Source: Bacteriovoracia bacterium
Lineage (GTDB): Bacteria; Bdellovibrionota; UBA1018; CAIPTA01
Direction of reading: 5' to 3'
Assembly: GCA_050246755.1 (NCBI GenBank)
Contig: JBFWVL010000001.1
Span: 1,024,001 to 1,088,000, forward strand
DNA length: 64,000 bases
Part shown: positions 19,904-27,980 of the stretch, in pieces
How positions within the stretch are numbered: the first letter of the stretch is position 1
Layout: every line of letters begins with the position of its first letter
Translations under genes and position numbers: made by a program
The notes under the pieces: model-generated
Told to the model about the DNA's origin: nothing
The model's input: only the letters and a program-made list of their open reading frames with translations
Database searches by the model: none

Positions 19904-20673
19904 TTACGACGATTGGTTGGCGAACCGTCTTTGAGTTCATTTAGCAGGGCGCGCATGTCCTCCGTCATGGGACATTCGATTTCAACGGCTTTCTCCGTGA
20001 AGGGATGAACGAAGGAAAGCGCGCGGGCGTGGAGCGGCAAGCGCCGAGGCTCCAAGCTTGGAAAAACTTTGCTCTTCCAATGCGAATCCCAGTACGCCTC
20101 GTCCCACAGGATGGGAATATCCAGAATCTTTAGGTGCACGCGAATCTGGTGCAAGCGGCCGGTATGCGGATGAGCCTCAATCCAGGCAATATCCCCGAAT
20201 TTTTCTCGGACCATGAATTCAGTTTCGGCGGGCTTCCCTTTTCGGACATCCACGATGGCACGGCCGCGGCCCTTTTTTCCCTCGGCGCGCAAAAGCGGAA
20301 CCTCGCAAACGCAAGAGTCCCACTCGGGCACACCGGCCGTAAAAGCCCAGTAAACTTTCTTCATCTTGCGTTGCTCGAACATCATGGAAAGGCGGCGATG
20401 CGCCTCTTGGTGCTTGGCAAAAAGTACGATCCCGCTGGTATCGCGATCGAGGCGGTGCACGGGGTAGAGATCGCGGCCCGATTCGTCCGGCTTATGGCCT
20501 TGAGTGCGTAAGTAAGCGCCAATTTCGTGCAGAAGCACCCGGGTTTCTTTTCCCCAGCGATCAGCTACGACCAGCTCTCCGGGAGCCTTGCGCACGGCCA
20601 GGAAATGCTCATCTTCAATTAAGATTTTTTCGTTCGCCGACGGGTCCGTCATCTTCCTCAAAATCTTGCTCAT
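19900..20673 (-). CDS. RluA family pseudouridine synthase (second copy; start may be 20652)
   Basis: HRLDRDTSG, TGRLHQIRVH, LHARALSFVHP motifs. Confidence 0.92.
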   Translation of the reverse strand: MSKILRKMTDPSANEKILIEDEHFLAVRKAPGELVVADRWGKETRVLLHEIGAYLRTQGHKPDESGRDLYPVHRLDRDTSGIVLFAKHQEAHRRLSMMFEQRKMKKVYWAFTAGVPEWDSCVCEVPLLRAEGKKGRGRAIVDVRKGKPAETEFMVREKFGDIAWIEAHPHTGRLHQIRVHLKILDIPILWDEAYWDSHWKSKVFPSLEPRRLPLHARALSFVHPFTEKAVEIECPMTEDMRALLNELKDGSPTNRRN

Positions 20674-21154
20674 AATCGCTGCCGAGCCTTGCGCGCTCGG
20701 TGCGATAAATCATGGAGTAGCCATCTTCCCCATCGGGGTAAAACTTAGGCATCGTATGCAATACAATAAACCCCAGGCTTTGGTACAGCTGCACGGCCGG
20801 TTGGTTGCCTTTCCTCACCTCTAGCACGATGCTCTCGGCCTTCTCCCTCATAACAAATGCAATCACCTGCCGCAAAAGATACTTGCCTAGCCCCTGCCGC
20901 TTGAGCTCGGGATGAACCGCGAAGGTTTGGATATGGGCTTGCTCGGCCGGAAGAGAAAAAACGATATAAGCGAGAATTTTGGCGTCCGTTTCGTTGTCGG
21001 TAACGACCCAAAATCGAGTGGTCCGCTTGTTGAATTCGGCGCGAAACGACTCTAGGCTCCAAGGAGGCCGCATGCACTGGGCTTCAATGGCTACGATTTG
21101 AGGCAGATCTTCTTCCACAGCCGGGCGGGGAGAATAGTCGAGGTAGCTCACCAT
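20615..21154 (-). CDS. rimI: RimI-like GNAT acetyltransferase
   Basis: PWS, AVHPELKRQGLG acetyl-CoA motif, LEVRKGN, LYQSLGF, YPDGEDG. Confidence 0.88.
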   Translation of the reverse strand: MVSYLDYSPRPAVEEDLPQIVAIEAQCMRPPWSLESFRAEFNKRTTRFWVVTDNETDAKILAYIVFSLPAEQAHIQTFAVHPELKRQGLGKYLLRQVIAFVMREKAESIVLEVRKGNQPAVQLYQSLGFIVLHTMPKFYPDGEDGYSMIYRTERARLGSDYEQDFEEDDGPVGERKNLN

Positions 21155-21155
21155 T

Positions 21156-21701
21156 TCACTCTAGTAGGATCTTTACGGGATAGCGCGATTTTGCTTCACG
21201 GCGCCAAACATCGGCGTCCGTTACGATCTCGGTTTTACGGAACCGCTCAATCAAAATCTGTTTTTCAAGCTCGCGAACCAGCAAACTCTCTCCTTCGCGC
21301 AGGCGGTTTTCGGTGCGCCAAAAGTTGGAATATTTTTTCCCAAGAGCTTGCCATTGCGAGTGACATTCACTTTTGTCGTGAATAGCGCGAACGGCCTGAG
21401 GAATCATTCCGGCCGTGGTAAACTTGCGCCCTTTGGCTTCGAGGTAGATGAGCTCTTCATCTACATAGGCACTTAGCAATTCTTTTTGATCTTTCGGAAG
21501 GGGTTTTTCCCGCTGGAGTACACCAGCACAGATAAGCACGGCATTCACCTGCGAGAATCGAGTTAGGTCGGAAACCAGCACCGCCTCATGGCCAACCTGG
21601 GCCACGAGTGAGTCTACGGCAACAGCGAGCGACGCAGGTTCACGGCCGCGAGCGGCGGCCGTGAGCGAAAAAAGCGCCAGAAGAGTTAAGAAAAGCTTCA
21701 T
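21156..21701 (-). CDS. Secreted protein resembling the SurA N-terminal chaperone domain
   Basis: Signal peptide; VDSLVAQVGHEAVLVSDL and VDEELIYLEAK resemble SurA_N motifs; no parvulin domain. Confidence 0.55.
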   Translation of the reverse strand: MKLFLTLLALFSLTAAARGREPASLAVAVDSLVAQVGHEAVLVSDLTRFSQVNAVLICAGVLQREKPLPKDQKELLSAYVDEELIYLEAKGRKFTTAGMIPQAVRAIHDKSECHSQWQALGKKYSNFWRTENRLREGESLLVRELEKQILIERFRKTEIVTDADVWRREAKSRYPVKILLE

Positions 21702-21710
21702 CTACTTTTA

Positions 21711-22079
21711 TTATAGGATTCTCCGTAGAGGGATCGAAACCTTTTTTTCTTCTCCCACTCTTACCGTACCGATCACCAGCGTCCGCCCGGTTCCGTCAAA
21801 ACCCGTAAAAGTGAGTTCATCACCGACCTTTAGATCACAAGATAGGGTCTGTCCCTGATTCCAGGCGGTTTCTTGTAAAATCTTTCCTTCCCGGGCGACG
21901 CTAATTCTCTTCGTCTCTACTCCGTACCAAAACAGTTCGGACTCGCCGGCGGGAAGCTCTAAATTCACCCCTAACGCGTCCGACGCAGCGTGTTCTCCAC
22001 GACCACAGCCAGAAATCGCGGCCCCCAGTAGCAAAATGCAAAACCAGTGGTATAGTTTTTTTCGCCTATTTCTTTTCAT
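21711..22079 (-). CDS. Hypothetical lipoprotein (beta-rich)
   Basis: Basic N-region, lipobox ISGC, GAGG SD. Confidence 0.75.
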   Translation of the reverse strand: MKRNRRKKLYHWFCILLLGAAISGCGRGEHAASDALGVNLELPAGESELFWYGVETKRISVAREGKILQETAWNQGQTLSCDLKVGDELTFTGFDGTGRTLVIGTVRVGEEKKVSIPLRRIL

Positions 22080-22155
22080 TCATTCCTCTTTTCTTTATCC
22101 GGTTTCAGGAGAGCTCTCTTGAGCAAAATCGGGACCATCGCGGTTCGGATTTTTT

Positions 22156-22164
22156 TGCTATGCT
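22156..22164 (+). promoter_or_regulatory. Extended -10 element upstream of moxR
   Basis: TGCTATGCT about 30 nt before the ATG at 22193. Confidence 0.4.
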
Positions 22165-22192
22165 CTTAGGTACTCAGACAACCGAGGTCTCT

Positions 22193-23176
22193 ATGCAAGA
22201 AGCTGAATTCCAAGAAGCGGTTAAACAAAAAAGCAGTACCATCGCCGAAATCCTTAAAGAGTGCGAAAAGGTGGTGGTGGGCCAGCGGCCGATGATGGAA
22301 AAAATCATCATGGCCTTCCTTTGCGACGGGCATATTTTGCTCGAAGGCTTGCCTGGACTCGCCAAAACCTTAGCCGTGAAAACTTTTTCTCACGTAATGG
22401 ACCTGAATTTTAATCGAATACAGTTTACGCCCGATCTTTTACCCTCCGATCTGGTAGGAAGCATGGTTTACAACCAAAAGACCGGAGAGTTCGCGGCAAA
22501 ACAAGGGCCTATCTTTTCGAATATTGTGCTGGCCGATGAGATTAACCGGGCGCCCGCCAAGGTGCAGTCGGCCTTGCTGGAATCGATGGCCGAGCACCAA
22601 GTTACCCTCGGAGATCAAACCCACCAGCTTCCCGATCCCTTCATCGTGCTGGCCACCATGAATCCAATTGAGCAGGAAGGAACCTATCAATTACCGGAAG
22701 CGCAGCTGGACCGCTTTCTCTTTAAAGTAAAAGTTCCCTACCCATCGCAGCAGGAAGAAAAACTCATTCTTGACCGCATGAGTAATATGGAACCGCCAAA
22801 AATCTCGAAGAAAGTTTTACCGCGGGCTTTGCAGGAAGCAAAATCCCTCTGCACCAGGGTTTACCTCGACGAAAAATTAAAGGACTATATTCTTAATATC
22901 GTTTTCACCTCGCGCTTTCCCGAGAAAAAGGGCCTTACCGACTTGAAATCTTTTATTCAAGTGGGAGCCTCCCCGCGCGCTACCATCGGCCTCGCCAAAG
23001 CGGCCAGGGCGGCGGCACTAATGGCGGGCAGAACCTTTGTGAGCCCCGACGATATTAAGGCCGTCTGCTACGATATCCTTCGCCATCGCCTAGTTCTTAC
23101 CTACGAAGCGGAAGCGAACGACATCACGCCCGAGTCCGTAATTAGAAAGGTGCTCGATGTGGTGGAAGTTCCGTAA
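22193..23176 (+). CDS. moxR: MoxR family AAA+ ATPase
   Basis: EGLPGLAKT, RIQFTPDLLPSD, ADEINRAPAKVQSALLE, EAQLDRF, GASPRA; GAGGT SD before 22193. Confidence 0.96.
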   Translation: MQEAEFQEAVKQKSSTIAEILKECEKVVVGQRPMMEKIIMAFLCDGHILLEGLPGLAKTLAVKTFSHVMDLNFNRIQFTPDLLPSDLVGSMVYNQKTGEFAAKQGPIFSNIVLADEINRAPAKVQSALLESMAEHQVTLGDQTHQLPDPFIVLATMNPIEQEGTYQLPEAQLDRFLFKVKVPYPSQQEEKLILDRMSNMEPPKISKKVLPRALQEAKSLCTRVYLDEKLKDYILNIVFTSRFPEKKGLTDLKSFIQVGASPRATIGLAKAARAAALMAGRTFVSPDDIKAVCYDILRHRLVLTYEAEANDITPESVIRKVLDVVEVP

Positions 23177-24119
23177 ACGGACTGACGAACAGTCAGAAGC
23201 ATCTGCCATAGACGATACGGAGATCCGCGCGGCCGGCCGCGCGCCCCTGAGTACCGTGGCCAAACAAGTGAAGCACGTCGAGCTGGTGACCAAGAAGAAG
23301 AGCTCGGCCCTGCTCGCTGGCGATTATAAGTCCCGCTTTAAGGGGCAAGGAATGCAGTTTTCTGATTCTCGCCTCTATCAATATGGCGATGACATCCGGC
23401 ATATCGACTGGCGCACCAGCGCGCGCATGCAAGGTACCTACGTAAAGACCTTCGAAGAGGAGCGCGAGCTCAATATTATCTTCGCGGTAGACGTAAGTGC
23501 CTCGAATGGTTTCGGCAGTACCGGTACCAGCAAGCGGGAAGCGATCGCAATCGCCCTTGCTTGTGTAGGATTTTCGGCTATCGCCAACAACGACCGAGTG
23601 GGCCTAGTACTTTTCTCCGATCGCGTGGAGCGTTTCGTGCCTGCCCGAAAAGGCCGCAAACACATCCTGCGCTTGATCGACGAGCTCCTCACCTTCGAGC
23701 CCATTTCGCGTAAATCCCGGCTCGATGCCGCACTGAATTTTCTGATTTCCACGCTGAAGAACGGAAGCGTTCTCTTGCTCGCCAGCGATTTCTTCAGCGA
23801 GCTCGACAAGCGCAAGCTCGAGCTCCTTTCCCGCAAGCACGATTTCATTTGCCTGCGAGCTACCGATCCCAGAGATTTCGAGCTTCCGAACGTTGGCCTG
23901 CTACGAATCGAGGATCCCGAAACCGGCGAGTCGATGCTCTTGCCCACCCTTTCCGGCCGAGTCCGCAACGAATACTCGCAGTCGCAAAAGCGGTACTGCG
24001 AAGACGTGGCCCGAATGCTCCGCCGCACGGGCGCTTCCCTGCTCGATTTGCCTACCGATGCGGAGCCCGCAAAGCTTCTGCACCAATTCTTCCGCTCTCG
24101 TCGGGGGCCGCGTAAATGA
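23157..24119 (+). CDS. DUF58 domain protein (MoxR partner)
   Basis: GQGMQFSDSRLYQYGDDIRHIDW, VKTFEEERE, DRVGL motifs. Confidence 0.92.
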   Translation: MWWKFRKRTDEQSEASAIDDTEIRAAGRAPLSTVAKQVKHVELVTKKKSSALLAGDYKSRFKGQGMQFSDSRLYQYGDDIRHIDWRTSARMQGTYVKTFEEERELNIIFAVDVSASNGFGSTGTSKREAIAIALACVGFSAIANNDRVGLVLFSDRVERFVPARKGRKHILRLIDELLTFEPISRKSRLDAALNFLISTLKNGSVLLLASDFFSELDKRKLELLSRKHDFICLRATDPRDFELPNVGLLRIEDPETGESMLLPTLSGRVRNEYSQSQKRYCEDVARMLRRTGASLLDLPTDAEPAKLLHQFFRSRRGPRK

Positions 24120-24991
24120 ATGGCGTAGTGGTACTTTCCGCCGAATCCTCCCAGAAGCCCCTTGAGGTGGGAAATCTCGTTACGCTCGAAATTGCGGTGG
24201 ACGGAAAAGTAAACAGGGCCACCGAGGGATGGTCCATCGAACCCGCACCGGCGGGAGACTGGTTTCCTTCCGGCTCTTTTTTGCTTTCTGGAAATTCTCT
24301 CAAGGTGCTTTCCACCGATGGTGCCCTAACGAAAATTTCGATCGAGGCAATAGTGCGCTCGCCCGGGGAATTAAGAACCGCCCCCTTTAAGCTCAAACAT
24401 ACCGACGACCAGGTTACGGTGGAAGTAGCCGAATCTTTGGTGTCCAAGAATGGCGCCAAAGCAATCCAACTTTCGGAAACCGCACCGCCCTGGCTACTCC
24501 CCGCCGTCTCCTTGGGAGGGTGGAATATCTGGCTTATTTCCCTGCTGGGAGCGCTCACGCTGGTCGGCCTCGGCTTCCTCATCCGCTATATCTTGCAGCG
24601 TCTCGCCGAGCGGTCTATTGCGAAATGGAACCACCGCGACCGGGCACTGCGCGAGCTGCAAAATCTAGAGAAGTACGTGCGCGCCAAAAGCAATGAACAA
24701 GATCACTGGAAAAAGTTTTCCTTTGATCTGGCGGGTATTTTACGCAAGTATTCCGACGAAAACTTCCACATGGATTCTCGCGATATGACTGATCGTGAGT
24801 TTATCGCCGAGCTGCGCTTTCATCCCAAAGGGAAAGCGCAGACGGACCTCATTGCGCATATCCTTTCCACCATCACCGAAGTCCGTTACGGCACAAAGAC
24901 CCTAGAAAGCCAAATGATGCCGAGCTTGCTTCTCGAGGGGAAAAAATACGTGGAGGGAACTTATACCCCCAAAGAAGAGGCGAAAAAATGA
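24116..24991 (+). CDS. Bat-operon single-TM hypothetical protein
   Basis: Ig-like N-terminus, one TM, helical C-terminus (LRKY...MTDREF); conserved position between DUF58 and batA. Confidence 0.75.
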   Translation: MNGVVVLSAESSQKPLEVGNLVTLEIAVDGKVNRATEGWSIEPAPAGDWFPSGSFLLSGNSLKVLSTDGALTKISIEAIVRSPGELRTAPFKLKHTDDQVTVEVAESLVSKNGAKAIQLSETAPPWLLPAVSLGGWNIWLISLLGALTLVGLGFLIRYILQRLAERSIAKWNHRDRALRELQNLEKYVRAKSNEQDHWKKFSFDLAGILRKYSDENFHMDSRDMTDREFIAELRFHPKGKAQTDLIAHILSTITEVRYGTKTLESQMMPSLLLEGKKYVEGTYTPKEEAKK

Positions 24992-25992
24992 CCTTTCGCT
25001 ACCTCTACGCCCTGCTTCTCATCTTCCCGATTGCGCTGCTGCTCTTCGTGGCCCTGCGCCATCCCGCTTCGCGCGCGGTCCTGCAGTTCCCCACCGCACA
25101 CCGCCGGTTGAAGCTTGCGCTTGGGCAGCTGCTGCTTCCCATCTGGTTTCCTTTCTTTCTGCGCCTTTTGGGCATTCTCTTCCTGCTAATCGCGCTTGCG
25201 CGGCCCCAGACCTCCACCTCGCACCAAAGGCGCATATCCGAGGGAATCGACGTAATGGTGGCCCTCGACGTGTCGCAGAGCATGACCATTGAAGACGTAG
25301 GTGAGGACGATAAGAATCGTCTCGACCTCGCCAAAGAAACCGTGAAGAAGTTTATCGCCGGCCGGAAAGACGATCGAATCGGTTTTTTGGTATTTTCCGG
25401 AGAGGCAATCACTCTTTGCCCTCCTACCCTAGACTACGACTATCTTCTTTCTTCGGTGGCCCAAGCCGACGTGAACCAGTTAAAGGACGGCACCGCGATC
25501 GGGGATGCAATGGCCACCTCCGTGAACCGCCTCAAAGACAGCGCGGCGAAGTCGCGCGTGGTCATTCTGATCACCGATGGCGACAATAATATGGGCTCAA
25601 TCGCGCCACTCACTGCGGGCGAGATCGCCGTTGGGTACGGAATTAAAATCTATGCCATTGCCCTCGGTAAAGAAGGTCTCGTCAGCTATCCCGACTACGT
25701 GACCTTCTTCGGCGTAACCAAGAAAATTCATCGCCAGACCAATAGCACCATTAACCCCACCCTGCTTATGAAGATCGCCGAGGAAACGGGGGGGAAGTTT
25801 TTCCGTGCCGACGACAGCGACTCCATGCAACGCGTGTTCGACGAGATCAATAAGCTGGAGCGTAATCAGGTGGAAACGAAGGATCGCGTGATCTGGGAAG
25901 AACATTTTCAGAAATTTCTCGTGATTGCGTTCGCCCTTCTGCTTTTAGATCTCCTTATTAGGGCCACGATTTTTCGGATCTTGCCGGAGTAA
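24988..25992 (+). CDS. batA: BatA VWA-domain membrane protein
   Basis: ALARPQ, DVSQSM MIDAS, DRIG, GTAIGDA, LITDGDNN, TGGKFFRA. Confidence 0.92.
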   Translation: MTFRYLYALLLIFPIALLLFVALRHPASRAVLQFPTAHRRLKLALGQLLLPIWFPFFLRLLGILFLLIALARPQTSTSHQRRISEGIDVMVALDVSQSMTIEDVGEDDKNRLDLAKETVKKFIAGRKDDRIGFLVFSGEAITLCPPTLDYDYLLSSVAQADVNQLKDGTAIGDAMATSVNRLKDSAAKSRVVILITDGDNNMGSIAPLTAGEIAVGYGIKIYAIALGKEGLVSYPDYVTFFGVTKKIHRQTNSTINPTLLMKIAEETGGKFFRADDSDSMQRVFDEINKLERNQVETKDRVIWEEHFQKFLVIAFALLLLDLLIRATIFRILPE

Positions 25993-27980
25993 TGATGGAC
26001 GATTTTCGTTTCGCCAATCCGAAGTACCTCTTGCTCCTCTTGGGGCTCGCGGTAGTTTATCTACTGCTCCAACGCCTGCGCAGCGCGGGCCGACAACGCT
26101 TGCTGCGTTTCGTGGCGGAAGAAAATTTGAAACACCTGTTGGTATCTACCGGCTCTATTCGCGAAAGCGGCAAGCGCTTCGCGTTATGGCTTGGGCTGGC
26201 CTTCATGGTGCTGGCCTTAGCGCGGCCGCAGGCCAACCCCACTATGGAAGACGTGGAGGGAATGAGCTTAGATATTTACGTGCTGCTGGACGTTTCGCGC
26301 AGCATGGACGCCGAAGATATCGCTCCCAGCCGCCTAAGAAAAGCGAAGCGATCAGTGCAGCACTTAATGGAGCTGCTCTCGGGCGACAGACTCGGCGTTA
26401 TCGGCTTCGCCGGTTCTTCGGCTCTCCTGGTTCCACTCACCTCCGACTATGAAATCGTGCGTAGCGTTCTGCAGAACGTGGACACTTCGGTCATTCCCAC
26501 GCAAGGGACCGATATTGGCGGTGCCTTGGAACTAGCCAAGAGTGCGATGGAACGTGGAGCACAGGTAGTGGGTACCAATGGAGGAGCCAGGACGAATATC
26601 TTCCTTATTCTTAGCGATGGCGAAGACCACGGTGAGAAGAATCTAGCGGTGGCCGATTCTATCCGCAACGAGGGCGGTATCATTTTTAGCATCGCTTACG
26701 GAACGGAAAAAGGGGTTCCTATTCCGGTTCGTAATGATCGCGGTGAACTGATGGGATACAAGCGTGACGGAAAGGGCAATACCGTAATTTCTACGGTTCA
26801 ACCCAAGGCACTAAGCGAAGTCGCGCAGCGGGGAGGCGGCCAGTTTTACCACTCCACCCTGGAAGAACAGGAAATTGAAGACATTCTGGCACGCGTGCAA
26901 ACCGCGCAGCGTTCCGGCGCCATCACCACCAAGGCCCGGATCTACGAAGAGCTATACGGCTATTTGCTGCTGATTTCCCTGGCCTGCCTGCTTTATTCTT
27001 TTGTTTCCGTCCGCTCCCTTTGGCAAAAAAGCGGGGCGCGCTGGAGCCGGCTCGCCTTACTGCCCCTTCTCCTTCTACCCACCCACGCAAACGCCAATCC
27101 GCTCTCTTTTCTTTGGAATAAAGAAAAACGTATAGGGGTGCAAAGCCAAGAGCTGAGCCAAGAAGGCAAGCCGGAGGCAGCGGCCGATCAATTAAAGGTG
27201 CTCCAGGCAGAAAACCCTGACTCTTCCGCCGTGAACTATAATCTCGGAACCTATTTGCTCGAGGCTAAAAAACTCGAGGAAGGAAGAGAGCAGCTTGGGC
27301 GCGTGGCAAAAGACAAAAACTATTTTCAAGCGGAAGCGCTCTATAACTTGGCCGGTTCCTATATGCTGGAGAAAAAAAGGCCTCAAGCCATCGCCAGTTA
27401 TGCCGACTTGATCCGCCGCCTCGAACAGAAAAAACCGTTAATCGAAAAAGAGAAAGAAATTCTAAAAAAAGCGCGCGAAAGTTTTGCGCACCTCTCCCAA
27501 GAGGAACAAAAAAATCCTCAGCAACAACAGGGCCAGGACCAACAGAAACAGCAAGGGCAAGACGGAAACCAGGACAAAAAAGATCAGCAGCAGCAGCAAC
27601 AAGGCAAGGGCGGAGAAGGCGATAAAAAGGAAGATTCCAAGGGCGATGGAAAAGAGAAAAAAGACGAAAAGAAAGACGGAGAAGACAAGAAACAGGAAAA
27701 AGAAAATAAGCCCGGCGAAGGCAAAGACGAGAAAAAAGACGAATCGCAGAAAAACGAGCCCTCGTCCCAGGACGGCCAGCAAGGAAAAGATAAACAGCAA
27801 AATATACCGCCGCGGCGTGGTGGAACACCCTTTCGCGAGCGCGACAATATAAGCGAATCCGACGCGAAACGCATTTTAGAATCCCTCAAGCAGCAAGAGG
27901 GAGAACTGCAAAAGAAATTCTTAAAAAAGAACGGTAAGAATAGTAAGGTTGTCGACGATGGTAGCGGCCAAGACTGGTAA
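25992..27980 (+). CDS. BatB-BatC fusion: VWA domain, TM, TPR-like repeats, Q/K/E-rich linker, C-terminal DW
   Basis: DVSRSMDAEDIAPSRL, PLTSDY, SDGED (BatB); YNLG/YNLA TPRs and A..ILE.L..QE...DW tail (BatC). Confidence 0.85.
   Translation: MMDDFRFANPKYLLLLLGLAVVYLLLQRLRSAGRQRLLRFVAEENLKHLLVSTGSIRESGKRFALWLGLAFMVLALARPQANPTMEDVEGMSLDIYVLLDVSRSMDAEDIAPSRLRKAKRSVQHLMELLSGDRLGVIGFAGSSALLVPLTSDYEIVRSVLQNVDTSVIPTQGTDIGGALELAKSAMERGAQVVGTNGGARTNIFLILSDGEDHGEKNLAVADSIRNEGGIIFSIAYGTEKGVPIPVRNDRGELMGYKRDGKGNTVISTVQPKALSEVAQRGGGQFYHSTLEEQEIEDILARVQTAQRSGAITTKARIYEELYGYLLLISLACLLYSFVSVRSLWQKSGARWSRLALLPLLLLPTHANANPLSFLWNKEKRIGVQSQELSQEGKPEAAADQLKVLQAENPDSSAVNYNLGTYLLEAKKLEEGREQLGRVAKDKNYFQAEALYNLAGSYMLEKKRPQAIASYADLIRRLEQKKPLIEKEKEILKKARESFAHLSQEEQKNPQQQQGQDQQKQQGQDGNQDKKDQQQQQQGKGGEGDKKEDSKGDGKEKKDEKKDGEDKKQEKENKPGEGKDEKKDESQKNEPSSQDGQQGKDKQQNIPPRRGGTPFRERDNISESDAKRILESLKQQEGELQKKFLKKNGKNSKVVDDGSGQDW

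Noticed and set aside
27490-27810. Purine-rich, quasi-repetitive DNA with several overlapping ORFs
   Set aside because: Explained by the Q/K/D/E low-complexity linker typical of BatC; not a tandem array or CRISPR.
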